Below are positions 40,010 to 52,706 of a stretch of DNA of 64,000 nt, piece by piece. A program made the translations under genes and the position numbers. The stretch covers positions 3,968,001-4,032,000 of the forward strand of contig CDPCPM010000052.1 in assembly GCA_976551045.1 (NCBI GenBank). The letters are read 5' to 3'. Within the stretch, counting starts at the first letter, position 1. The number at the start of each line of letters is the position of its first letter. Under the pieces are notes generated by a model, which saw only the letters and a list, made by a program, of their open reading frames with translations, was not told the origin of the DNA and made no database searches. This DNA comes from Glaucostegus cemiculus. Taxonomy: Eukaryota.

Positions 40010-41345
40010 GTTCTGTAGGTTCTGGAACTGTTTGTGGATTGGAGGATAGCAAATGTGTCTTTTATATTTAAAAAAGAGAGAAAATGGGGAAACTACAAAC
40101 CCCTTGGCCTATCATCAATTGTAGGGAAAATGCTGGATTATTAATAATGATGTAATTGCAAAGGATGTTGAAAAGAACCGTGGACTTGAGCAGAGCCAAC
40201 TAAATTTATAAAAGAAAAATCATGTTAGACGAATCTGCTGAAGTTCTTTGAGGCTGTGACAAATAAAGTAGATGAGAGGGAACCAGTGGATGTGGTGTAT
40301 TGGATTTTTGGAAGGTATTTGATGAGGTCTCTCACGTGAGGTTGATTAACAAGGTTTGTGCACTTGAAATTGGTGGTTGTATATGCACTTGGATTGGGAA
40401 TTGTCATCGGGCAGAAAGCCAAGAGTGGAAATGAAAGGATTGCTCTCAGATTGGTAGGTTGTAACTAGTGGGGTGTTGCAGGCTTGGGGGTTGAGTCCTA
40501 GCTTTTCATAAATGCTTGGCTGAGGGCCAAATGTCATAATTCACAATTGGCTGACCAAACAAATCCAGGTGGGATTGTGAGTACAGTGGGGATGTAAAGA
40601 GGTTTTGAGATAGAAAGTGGGTGAGATCTTGGCAGATGGAATATTATGTGGAAAACCTTGCAGTTATCTGCTTCAGGACATTGAACAGAAAAGTACAGTA
40701 TTTGTTAAATGCTGACATTGGATAGTGTTGGTGTTTTAGGAGTGCTTGTGCACAAGTTGCTGCATGTCAACATACAGCGGCATAAGCAATTTTAGAGGGT
40801 ATATGGTAAATATTATCTTTTATTACAAGAGAATTTGAATTTTGAAAGCAAGGAATTTTTATTACAATAGTATGATGAGACCACATGCGGAATATTGTGT
40901 GCAGTTTTGGTCTCCTTAACTAAAGACAGGATGTACTTGGCATAGATGACGTGCAGCAGTGATTCACTAGACTGGTTCCAGGGATGGTGGATTTGTTGTA
41001 TGAAGAGCTTGAATATAGTGGGATTGTATTCTGTAGAGTTCAGAAGAATGAGAGAAGATAATCATGAGGCACAATTTTATAATAAAAGGTCAACCATTTA
41101 CGGTTGAGATTAAAAGAAATTTCTTCACTCGGATTGGTGAAACTTCGGAATTTTCTACCCCAGAGGACTGTGAAGGCTGAGGCACTGTGTTCATTCAAAA
41201 CAGATATTGATAGATTTATGGATGTGAGGAGAGTCAAGGGTGGTGCTAAGACATGGCACTGAGGTGGAAGATCAGCTGTCATCTTAACGGTGGAGCAGAT
41301 TCAAAGGTCTCAGTGACCTACTGCTGCTCCTATTTCTTATATTCT
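40010..41345 (+). mobile_element. Decayed CR1 LINE (RT region to 3' end)
   Basis: GNYKP.., KSC.TNLLKFFEAVT..VDEREPVDVVY.DF, RPHAEYCVQFWSP, tail ctgctcctatttcttat. Confidence 0.88.
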
Positions 41346-43251
41346 TGCATCACAGCTGTCAAACAATGAAAGGATCTTTGGTGGTTAATGTTTGCATAAA
41401 ACTAGATTTCATGATTCACCTAACTTTTGAGTGTAATCACTGTACAATCGAATAATAGTCTCAATTGAAGGTGGATTTTTGAGAGACCAAGATTTTACAT
41501 AATGTTGTTGGCATTCTTGATCTCAAGCATATCACACCCAATGGTTTGTGGAAGTCACTTTCACAATAGTGCCCTGAAATTAAGTTTAGTAGTTTATTGG
41601 GTGTGAAAGTTTCACAGACCTGTATTATTCAGTCAACTCAGGACCGCCTGGACTGCCTCCCAGTTGGAAATTATTTGGTGACGAAGGTTGCAGTCCGAGA
41701 TGGTAAGAAAGCTCCATTATGACAAGGAAAGTTTTAATTTTGAAAAATGTTAGTTTTGCAATGTTTAATAAAAAAAAGCAAAGTGGTTAATAGTTAATCC
41801 CTTTTCTGCATTTAACATTTGTAATTTCTAGTTAATTTGAATAGGTTGGTAGGTTTAGATTTTTATATTTTTAATGGTGTCAACATAGTATCTTTCATAT
41901 AGGCTACAATCTTGACTTTTCTGTTGCATTTTGTGGCAATTTCCTTGTATGTTATTTTCATTTTACTCCAATAAACCCTGCCACCCTTTATCTGCTGCTG
42001 AAGCTGTAGAGGAAGATGGAGAGCACAGTTACCTCAGAATGATCACTATCATTAACATTCACGGGTGGTTCACTTATCATTTCTGACTGCAGAGACATGG
42101 CAGCCTTTTTATGAAACGTCTGCAGGTGTAACAAGATGATACATATAACATTGTGCCACAATGGATTTATGTATTCGGTTACAAAAGAAAAGTCTAATGA
42201 AAAAATACAGAGGGTAATTCTTTATTCCTGCACCACACTATTTGTCAGTAATGTCCATAGAAGATGAGCACTTTTTTAAAATCTGCGTTAGCCCTGTGAC
42301 CTGGATGTTCTTAAGTCATGCCACATTTTCTGGCATGTGACGTCCTGGAATGTCCAGGCTGTTTCAAAGATCAGAAGCAGGTACAGTTAATGAAGCCGGG
42401 AATTAAATGCAAGAATCAATAACAGTAATGAATGCAGTGTTAGAAAGAAGACTTGTGTAATGGTGCTTTCCAGACAGGGCATGTACCAGTTTCTGTAATG
42501 GTGTTCTTTTGGGCTGATTATTAATTTTGGCCTTTTTTATCCTGTGTTTTTGCCCATATTTAAAAATAATTAATATAGACCAGTGAAAGTAAATCCAACT
42601 TGATGTTGAAGTCAACTAAAAGATGTTGGTTTAATTTATTTTAGAGAAGTCACGAATCAGGAATATCTCTTCATCAAAGGTCAGTTATTTTAGTTACTGG
42701 ATAGCTCACCTTCACTGCTGCCGAATTTTAATCAGAATATCAATTAGGATTCTCAATGGCTGAACATCGGTGTTTTTGTATTTGAGCAAGCAACCCAGGC
42801 TAATAATGCCCATCATAGGAGTGCCCTTTCATCCTGGGCCCCAACTCTCTCTGCGTTACTGCTTAAGCGGAAATGAAAGATGTAATGGCATTATTCAAAC
42901 AAAACGAAGTGACTTGGTGCACTTATCAATGTTCTTTCCTCAACCACCATTAAAAAAAAAGCAAAATTCGTTTCATTGCTTCGCATGGGTTGTTGTTGTT
43001 CCCAGCATGACCAATGCATTTACCTACAAATTACAATAAGTCAAATTTGATGCTATTTAAATATAAATATCCAGTTTTTTTCCTCAACCAATTTAATAAT
43101 TTCTCTCTTGGAATTTGTGTTTAACCTTGCACCCCATTATTTACTTTTTCTGGTCTCACTGAAGTAGCAGCTGCAACTATTGGCATGGACCTCACTACCC
43201 TCCATAGCAACGTGGCTCAAGTGAGACTGTTTCAGACACTAACGTACTTCC

Positions 43252-43442
43252 ACAAAATGATGGAGGAACTCAGCAGGTCAGACAGCGTCCAAGGAGGGAA
43301 ATCAACAGTCAACATCTCGGGTCAAGACCCTTGAAGGGCGTCGACTGTTTATTTCCCTCCGTGGATGCTGCCTGACCTGCTGAGTTCCTTCAGCATTTTG
43401 TGTGTTGCTCCAGATTCCAGCACCTGCAGAAGCTCTTGTAAA
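43252..43442 (+). mobile_element. Palindromic Penelope-derived short retroposon with 12-bp target-site duplication
   Basis: Inverted arms ~43251-43313 and ~43340-43402; TAACGTACTTCC at 43240-43251 and 43443-43454. Confidence 0.85.
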
Positions 43443-45148
43443 TAACGTACTTCCTATTGCCGTGAGGAACACGCTGGGGCTTTAATACACTCTACTCACA
43501 ATCCTGCATGTTCCATTTTTCAGGAAAGGATATGTTGTGAGGCACTGCAACTTGAATAAACTTATTTTGAACACGATAGAAACCACACGGGTCTTCAATC
43601 ATGGTGAAATAACTTCTGCAATCAGCTGTAATCAGTTGCAACCCAACCTGTGATCATCTGTGCATGTATTATAAGTATTAATGCAAGTAGCCTTGAATAA
43701 TAGGATCATGACAAATATTCAGTGCATGAGCCTTGATGCTGAAAATATTCCTGTCATCCAATGTTGCTAGTCAGCCAGCAGGAAGTATTTGCAATTAGGG
43801 ATGTCATAATCCATAAAACACTGACTGCAGCCCCTAAGTAATCAAATTATGGGGTGCAGATGATCTCATAATCTCAGAGAAGGCGGCTGTCAACTGAACC
43901 CAGTATTTGGATTACCTCCTCGCATTCATTCGTAGATATCAGATATCATTAATGTACACCAGATGAAAAATTGTTATTTTCAGAATTATTTCTAGTAATG
44001 TTTCAACAGTTTTATTATTTCCAGATACTCATTGCTGCAAGATTGTAGCTTGAAGCAAAGGAGATGGCAAATTTTCTGATTCATGGCTTTGTGTTTTAGA
44101 CATAGTATTTTGACTTCCAGATGAGATTGTTGAGTGGGGTGCAATTGTTTTAAAGGACTAGAGAGAAAAGTTGGCAATCAGCTATATTTTAATGTTACAG
44201 CAAAAGATCCACAGTTCGTCTTTTTGATTATGTTGACAAATGTGAATTATGGACATTTTGAAGACATTTTTTACTTGATGCTGTACAATTCTTCTTGTAC
44301 TGTAAGTGCTTAAGTGCCATCAGAATTTTATTTTGTAGTATTCATGTTGGAACAGCACTTTTTATAAATTTATACTCACGAATAAAGCTGAAATTTAACC
44401 ATCTGTATTTCAGTTTATATGAATATTCATATCTGTAGCTTTTGTATGTAGGTGTCAGATTTATACCGAGGTATTTACTGTGGGTTGAAAGGATTTGTTG
44501 CTACAATATTTTTCTCCCCGTTTCCAAGAACTTAGTGAAGGTTTATAATTTATTTATGCATACTTAATTTTGTTTGAATCCTACAGCAGTAACAGTGAAA
44601 TTTCAAAATGATTGCCTCTGTATTCCTTGTGTAACTGTGAAAAGAGAATTCTGATGGTAGTTTGGCTTGCAGAACTGTCTGCAGTGAGCAGTCTGGGATC
44701 AGCTCCAGATATTGATGTAAGTGATGGCTATGGTTCAGCATGCATTCGGTGACAGAGTGTAATGTATGATTAGTTTGACAGTTCTCAGCCGGCTGCTTGG
44801 TAGGAAGGATTTGACCATGGTAAACTAGCCCAACAGATTGGCAAAGCAAGAGGATCCTTTTGCTATTGCCCAGCAAGCTGGTTCACTGACATGCTGTTGG
44901 TTTAAGCTGGTGATGGTACAGTACTCAGATTCATTGTGCATCGTTGCTGGCCACATTTCCATCTTGAAGGTTGATAGTTGAATTCAAACCCCTGTCTGGA
45001 ATTAACAGCAAAATGGAGAAAGGAAATGAAGTTTAAAAAAAACACCAGGAAAAGACCAAAAGTTAGGTTTTACATCAGTTGGAAGCCACGTCACTTCCCT
45101 TGCCAATTCAAAAATCAATATACCAACTTTAAGGCAACCTTTCAGCAA

Positions 45149-45186
<38 letters not shown>
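45149..45186. repeat. Compound (GT)n(AT)n microsatellite
   Basis: gtgtgtgtgtgtgtgtatatatatatatatatatat. Confidence 0.9.
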
Positions 45187-46533
45187 TCATAAAATTCACC
45201 ATTTTGACTTGTATAAAATAAAATGGAGGGGGGTGAGTGAGGTGAAGGCTGCTAGATCAGTTTTATCTCCAAGTTCATTCTTAATTCGACAGGTTCTTGT
45301 GCACATCAATGAAATATTACAACATTTGCAACCAGCCTCCCTCCAATGAATGAAATATGTTGAAATGATAACTAAATCAATTGATGCTTATAGTAGTTCA
45401 GTCCTGATAATTAAAAATCTGACCTCAGACTATTTCCATAAATGGGACAATAATCGGCAACTTCTGAGCTATCCGATGAGCTCAGACAAGCAAAGAGTTG
45501 CTTCCTCTCAATTGAAATACACAAGTCCCAAGAAAAATTACTTCGGGTTGTCTCGTTATGTACCTCTTCCCTGACACTTTGCTATGGTTGAGGATTACTG
45601 TCAAGTTGATGCATTTCTTTTAAGGATGTGGATTTGTAAGTTTAATATCTGGTGAAGGAGTTCTTTGCACGATCTTCAGATGGGTTTTAGATGTATTCAT
45701 ATCTGAAGCAGAAAAATGTTACAATCTTCATTGGGTGTCAAGAACAGCTGATCTGGCAAATTCTCTGTCTTGTTCTGTTTAAATCCCGGGGGAGAGGGAA
45801 TTGGTACTAAAAAGTTGCTGATCGTCACATGAATTGTGACATGAGAAAAGATTGGTGTTTTAGCTCTCCTTAGTTCACAGCCGCCTTTTTGACACCAATT
45901 TAAAATGGAACATTGCAATCTAATAGTTAAATAACAAATATGCCATGTACATTTTTGACTTAAAACTGTGTTATGTTTTATGGAATAGTGTATAATCAGA
46001 TTTCGAACTAAAAGATAAATTAATTTCTTAAAAATATCAGCTCAATTTGACAGTCCGTATCTGTTCATTTGTTTACACATGTCTAAAAATTACTGGATGA
46101 ATATTGTACCTTACTGATAGCATGATCGTGGAGGATATTTTTTTCTTGGATATCATGATTTTATATTTTGTGAAAAATTGCTGGGAATTTTTCAAATTGA
46201 ATTTGTTAATTTGTGCCAGTATTTCATTTTGTTATAAAATCTGCGTTATTATATAGTTTACCCTACCTGTTATTTCGCATGAGCTACTTCAGATCAAGCG
46301 ATGCTTATTTAAGTAATTAACTTTAATTCTGATGTCCACATTGTAGGGGGTGAATTTTTTTGAGATTAGAGTGGTGAACTGAGTCTTCAGACATTTCACA
46401 GAATGATATCAACCATGTGATTTGAGATGCCTTAATTCAGTGCTTGATGTAGTGTAATCAATATAATCTTGAAATAATTAAACTTAAGTTTCAAATGATC
46501 TTTAATATGATGCTTATTCATCTTTTATTGTAG

Positions 46534-46646
46534 TAATGCACCACAGAGTGGATTCTCACTTATTCAAGTTGACAGTATGAATGTCACTATGAAGGAGATA
46601 CTACAGAAGGCTCTAAAACGAAGAAAAGGTTCACAAAAGGCTGCAG
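46534..46646 (+). CDS. MAPKAP1: MAPKAP1/SIN1 internal coding exon (113 nt, start of Ras-binding domain)
   Basis: Acceptor tcttttattgtag|T, donor CAG|gtaaaa. In frame: (I)[37 protein letters not shown](G); compare human [38 protein letters not shown]. Confidence 0.96.
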
Positions 46647-47029
46647 GTAAAAAATGAGAAGCCAGTTTAAAAATTAGATACAGTGTGGTGATTTAATATT
46701 GATATTACGTAAATTGTGACTTGTGTTTCAGCCGTTATATAATTGTGCCACATTCTAAGTAGGTTTGGATCTTGAAGCTTTAGATTATTAGAAGGATCTT
46801 AATCTTACGAACATTCACTTTGCTCATCAGTAGAGTTTTTTTGTCCAGATTTTCTGTAATTGTTGAGCAAGTGCTTTGATGCAAGGAACAATGTAACACA
46901 TTGATTCAAAGGTATAAGCATTAACCAGAAGCTACAGAGCAAAATTGCATGACCACAATTTTTGCATAAAAGAGGGGGGGAAGGCCTGCATTGTTCCCTT
47001 CTCTTCACTCTTTACCCATTATTTTTAAT

Positions 47030-47190
47030 AAAAATGCAAAATACTGTAAAAACTCAACAGGTCAGGCAGCATCTCAGAAAGAGGGGTCAAGACAACATTG
47101 CAGGTCGTTCCATAAATGGTGCCTTAGCTGCTGGAGTGTTTCCTGCATATTGTTTTTATTTTGGATATCCACTATCCGCAATTTCTTCAC
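47030..47190. mobile_element. Degenerate copy of the palindromic Penelope-derived repeat
   Basis: aaactcaacaggtcaggcagcatct arm and a decayed inverse arm. Further copies near 4975-5075, 12915-13020, 15075-15155, 19587-19681, 21800-21935, 36925-37020 and 62065-62200. Confidence 0.65.
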
Positions 47191-48029
47191 TTCAATTATT
47201 AATGTTACCCTATTCTTGTAATTTCTATTTTCTTGCTAAAGGCCTATTTTACTTCTGTCCTCCTTTCCACTTTTGTAATAGACGTCACTTTGTCTTGTAA
47301 TAGGCACGACGAAAAACTAATTCCTTTAAATGGCAAAAACCTTAGAGTTAACCCCTGTCTCAAACAGGAGCAGGTTGCTCAAGGATTAAGATGTTCATAA
47401 GCAGCCGTAGAATAAAGAATGAGATAAATAAATGTTTGCTACATTAATTCTTCTTGGCTTTTGTCAAGGCCTGAGACCCATTTATAAATCAACTGTAAAC
47501 AAAATTATGTCAGCACTATAGTGAGGCAGCAAAGAAACCTACAAAATAGGAGCAGGAGCTGGCAATTCTGCCCTTCAAACCTGCTCTGCCATTCAGTGCC
47601 ATCATGGCTGATACTGAGGTCAGATAAAATCTCAAAGGATTTTCTGAGAGTTACTGTATCAGGGATTGTAAGGGGATATAAAGATACATTCCGAAGGGAA
47701 GTAACTTTGGGGAGAAATTAAGTACTTCTTGTGGCGCAGCTACTGTTTCGTTTTATATTTCTGTACAGTGAGAATTTGAACCTTATGACAGTATATGCAA
47801 TTGACATTTTATTCAATATTTGAAATCCTTTTATCCAAATTTTTTCCACACCTTTTATCCTTTAATGCTAATTCTTACTAGTTGGGTGGTTGGCAGGAGC
47901 TGCATCTTAACTGAAATGTTACTCCAGAGTAGAATTTGTGAAAATGATTGTTGGCAAGGTAGCCAATAAGTAGACATCCTCAATATAACAAAAGGCCATA
48001 CAGACCTTGTGGGAATCGTGCTTCACCTA

Positions 48030-48500
48030 ATCATAACAAATAAAAATGGATCTTGGTCAAAGATGATCTTTAGAATGGGTGACAAGACACTTAATGAGAG
48101 AGATTCTGAAGAGGGACTAAGGAAAGGGAGCTCAGGAATTTGCAACCTAGATGGTTCAGAGCATAGCCAACAGTGAAATGAAGAGAATGACGAATGCATT
48201 GAAGTGTGAAGATGGAGGCATGTAATTGGTAGTTTATCAGGCTGAAGGAGACCATTGAGAAGAGTCATGGAGAATTTCTCTTAATTCTCATGATGAGAAT
48301 TGTAACTGCAAGTCATCGGTGGCCTGGGAGCCACTGTATCATCAAACACTGGTATGCTGGCTGAAACCAATGGTTGAGGCATAGGCAAAGATGGCTGATA
48401 CTTTGAAATGGAAGTAGTGGATCTTTAATGTTGAAAGGTGTGTGGTTGGAAGCTCAATTCAAAGTCCAGAGGGTGGCAGGCATCTTGGCTGAACTTAACA
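48030..48500 (-). mobile_element. Probable decayed L2 LINE fragment
   Basis: aaggaaagggagctcaggaatttg, gagaccattgaagaga and ggcctgggagccactgta resemble the reverse L2 3' region. Confidence 0.45.
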
Positions 48501-48849
48501 TGGTGGCCATGCATATAATATACATCTGTTTGATGTGCTTCTCCAAAAATGGTCAGTTTTAAATACTTGGCTCATCAATGTGTCCTTGTGTGGTTTGGTT
48601 TTGATAACACTATTGTGATGCACGTTGGAAGAGTCTTCACTGAAGGCACAAAGTCAATGACAATTGTTGAGAGATGAGCAGACTCAGTGAAATCTAACCT
48701 TGCAGATGGACCTTAACTTGGACCAGCAACGCTTCATGTCCTCTGATGTGGAGTGGAAAGAGTTAAAAGGGAATCTTAAAAAAAAAAACACATTTAATAA
48801 TTCTGAAAGATTCCAAGAGGGTAAATAGTGAGAGGTTATTCCAGAGTTT

Positions 48850-49540
48850 GCTTTAGTATGTGGTATGTGCAGACTTGTCTTTCCACCATTGGAAACTGGC
48901 AGATGTTTTGTGTGATGTGATGCCATCACATGTGCAGATCAGAGTAGACCATGAAATGATTGAGAAACATCTTTTGACAGCCAGCAAAACTGCACATCGA
49001 CTCTGGGCACCTGTCAAATCTGTCAAGAACACTGAATATTTCCAAATATCAGAAGTATGATTTTTTTTAATGAAATAAAAAATTATGAAAATCAAAACAA
49101 AATTAAGCTCCATAACACTTAAATTATTAAAAATGTCAGTTCATAAAACTGTCAGTTATCTTATTTATCATTTTGCCCCAAAATTGTTCCTCTCAGCATT
49201 CATGTAAATAAGATCAAGTTTCCTGTGCAGATTCAGGGGCGGCTTCTGATGTAACTGTTGGGGAGCCGGAGTTTGTACTGCAGCCTTGGAGCACATCCAA
49301 CAAGTTCAGGCCTCCTACTTTGGTGTCAGTGCTGTGAACCTTCTGGTGTTTCGAGAGTGGTCACCAGCCGTTTGGGGCCAGCCAGGTCCAGTCCATTGTT
49401 TCTACTGGTTGATAAAGAGAGGTCCAGCTCTGACATTACCACTGGACAGCAGTGAATTTGGAACTTGGATGACGTTATCTTCCACAATGTACTACAGACA
49501 GCTGCCAGAGCTAAGATTTCAATAATAAAAGGAAGGTGAT
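48850..49540. promoter_or_regulatory. Candidate conserved non-coding element or alternative terminal exon
   Basis: Repeat-free; TGACAG/CTGTCA at 48975, 49011, 49020 and 49149; acceptors at 49196 and 49230; AATAAA at 49524. Confidence 0.5.
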
Positions 49541-51180
49541 TAAACATGTAAGAGAAAATATAAAGTAAACGTGTGTGTAAAAAAAAAAAAGCAGAGAATT
49601 TCAATAGAATTGAAAGTTTTGGGAGTCAATGGGAAGTGACCCCTATTTGTACTTGTAATGCCTATAACTCTGTACTGAACTAGCAGTCCAATAATGTCAT
49701 TTACCAGTCCTTTTGTCACTGCTAGGGCTATGTAATACTCTGTAACATTGATCTCTTATGTTGGCTATTGGTAAAAGGGTTAATGGAGATAAGACTCATA
49801 ATTTTCCAATGAATTCTTCTGGGAACTATGCACCGGATCCTTTTAGTGCTAATAATAATTAACCAATGCGTTCAGATTAGTGACTGAAAGATTATGAAGT
49901 TATCTATTCATTCATTCATTTTAATGTGCCATTCACTTTTTGAAGAAATGGTGAAACAGTGGAAGTAATTTGATCAGTCTTCTGAAGGTTCCTCTATAAG
50001 CCAGACTACAGATTGTCTAAATGTACACTAAAAGAGACAAACGAGCTGGCTTTGACATCCATCAAGGGGATTCCAGTAAACCATGTTCGAGAGCTGGCAT
50101 TGTTGGGAACATAGTTGGTTCATTTCAAGGTAACTTTTTTCAAATGATAGTGAGAGAAAACGGTAGTCCCTGCAGAGATTTTTCAAAAAATGTAATGAAC
50201 ATCTCAGTGGAGACAGAGTTTAAAAGCCTACTTCTGATTGGCCTGAAAACATCGCACTAACAACACTGCAGTGCAAGGTAGCGAATGCAGTCCATGGGGA
50301 TCCCCTTCGTTGATGTCATCAGAGCATGTCGGCTTGAGTTTTTAATGCACCAGATGGATCGCCTTCAGGGATGTACGTTGAGTCCAAGACGCATTCTAAA
50401 ATGAGACTACTTCGTATTTGGGCAATAAAAATGTTTGCTATGTATCCACAGTTGACTCTTGACGTCCTCGAGACGTATTGATGAGAAAATCAGAAATTGA
50501 TAATCTTATAAATTTTTCTACAGCCATTTGCAAGTTAGTTTAGAAAAAACAGTTACTGCCAATGTAAAACTCAAGTGTGCATAAGGTGAACTAGTAGTCC
50601 AGTAATGTCAATTACTAGTCCATATTCTGGATATGCTTTTGTGATGGATAACAGAATTTAAATCCCATGAATACAGAAACAGGAAATAAAATATACGGTT
50701 CAACTTTTTTCCTTCATTTGTCAAGTACACCCCACCATTCTTGCTATTTCTGACATACTCTGGTTACTCTCAGTTTTAAAACCAGGGCCAGTTCTTGAGT
50801 GTAAAAGTTTTATATTGACATCTGACCCACAAAATGCCATCAGATAGTAGAAGTTGATTTCCAACAATTTTTATTTCCTGGTCTATAATCTGTCAAAGAT
50901 TAAATAAACTATCTGTGGATGAAACGTGAAGTTTTATTAAAAGTTTGAATAGATAAAGTAGAAAAGGACATGGATGAGCTGTCTCAAGGCCATATTCGGC
51001 GGGGCCGATAAGAGCAGTAAAAAATGGCAGAGGAGCATTTAACACTCAGAAATCTGATTCACATAAAAAGCTGGTAGGGTGGTTGTGGATCAAACCTGCT
51101 AGCGTCTGCAAGCAATTTGGCCACTTGCCAAGAGCCATTGTTCACCCTCAGCTGTGGCATTGCAGTCCAGATGTGCCAAC

Positions 51181-51392
51181 NNNNNNNNNNNNNNNNNNNN
51201 NNNNNNNNNNNNNNNNNNNNNNNNNNNNNNNNNNNNNNNNNNNNNNNNNNNNNNNNNNNNNNNNNNNNNNNNNNNNNNNNNNNNNNNNNNNNNNNNNNNN
51301 NNNNNNNNNNNNNNNNNNNNNNNNNNNNNNNNNNNNNNNNNNNNNNNNNNNNNNNNNNNNNNNNNNNNNNNNNNNNNNNNNNNNNNNNNNNN
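51181..51392. other. Assembly gap (212 N)
   Basis: Run of N. Confidence 1.
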
Positions 51393-51855
51393 CTATATTT
51401 TTGAGAGCTGCTTTTGTTCGCTTTTTGGGTGACTTTATGCATTCTGGGGGTCACATTATCTCCCTAGCAAGGGAGAGATTAGTTCATTGTGCCAGGGTAA
51501 TGCTTAAACAGCTCTCTTGCATTAGAGGGCTCTCAGCTATGCCCAGAGAAACATTATTTAAGCAGTGCATTTCAATCCACTTATAAATTTTCATTATTTT
51601 TATTTTGCTAGTTGCTATGTCTAGAATTGTAGGACATCTGAATATGTATAGTGGCAGCAGAAAAAGTCACTCAATGAATAAACTGCTTTCTGCAATTCCA
51701 GTTAGGTGAAATGAAAATATATCCTATTATATAATTCATTTATTTAAATAATCTAAATAGTGGCACATTATTTCTAGCAGATAGAGAAGCATAAGCAGTT
51801 TTTTGCCAGGTTAAATGCATTAATGGAAAGTTTCAAAAATAGTTTTGAAGTCCAA

Positions 51856-52706
51856 TTTATTGTCTTAAATGCATTGCCAAGAACCTGAAAAAGGAGCATT
51901 GTTTTTAAAAGGACTTGGGCTTGCAAACAAATGGTAGATACCCAGATGGGAATTTGTCAATGCACATAGAGGAGTAAGAAAATAATAAAGTTAATTTGGG
52001 CAGCTTTTAAACTTACTATTTCAGATGATTGACTGACTGTTAACTTAAGGATTGGTCTTACTATAGCTTTTTTTAAAAAAAAGGTCTTCTTAGCATTCAA
52101 AAAGAAAATCAAGTCAGCCAGTCACACTCATGATAACTTTCATCAGTCCTGGCAAAGAAAAGAGTGAGACCAGCAGTTCTTCACAACAGCAAGTGTGTCT
52201 TCTATCATTGAAAAGCTCATATCTCACTGGTGTGTCCTTCAGCTGAAACGAAAAAAATGTTGAAGTGTGCAAAATGTAGTGAAATAGTAGTCTGTGTCCC
52301 TGTTGATTCATATACAGAGCTATCATCGGGTGTTCTTCAGTTTAAGTACTTGAATTCATGAGCTTAAAATGAGCACTCCACAGCTGTATGAAGTACAAAA
52401 ATGGTTCACCTCACTGAATAATCTGTATACAGTAAATACCAATCAGTCCTATTGACTGAAAGCTCAGAGGCTGATGATCATTAAGTTTAATTGATCGATG
52501 ATAAATGAGCTCAATTATCTCAAAGTTTATTGTCTTAAATGCATTGCCAAGAACCTGAAAAAGAAGCATTGTTTTTAAAGGACTTGGGCTTGCAAACAAG
52601 ATGGAAGATACCCAGATGGGAATTTATCAATGCACATAGAGGAGTAAGAAAATAATAAAGTTAATTTGGACAGCTTTGAAATTTACTATTTCAGATGATT
52701 GACTGA
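51856..52706 (+). repeat. 181-bp direct repeat pair (51856-52036 and 52526-52706)
   Basis: Direct alignment shows about 8 differences; offset 670 bp. Confidence 0.95.

Noticed and set aside
46541-46547. Alternative acceptor ccacag| inside the third exon
   Set aside because: It lies 13 nt downstream of the main acceptor and would shift the frame.
51059-51586. ORFs spanning the N run
   Set aside because: Artefacts of the assembly gap.
51856-52706. LTR retrotransposon or CRISPR-like array
   Set aside because: Only two units, no TG...CA termini, no clear primer-binding site or flanking duplication, and the context is eukaryotic.
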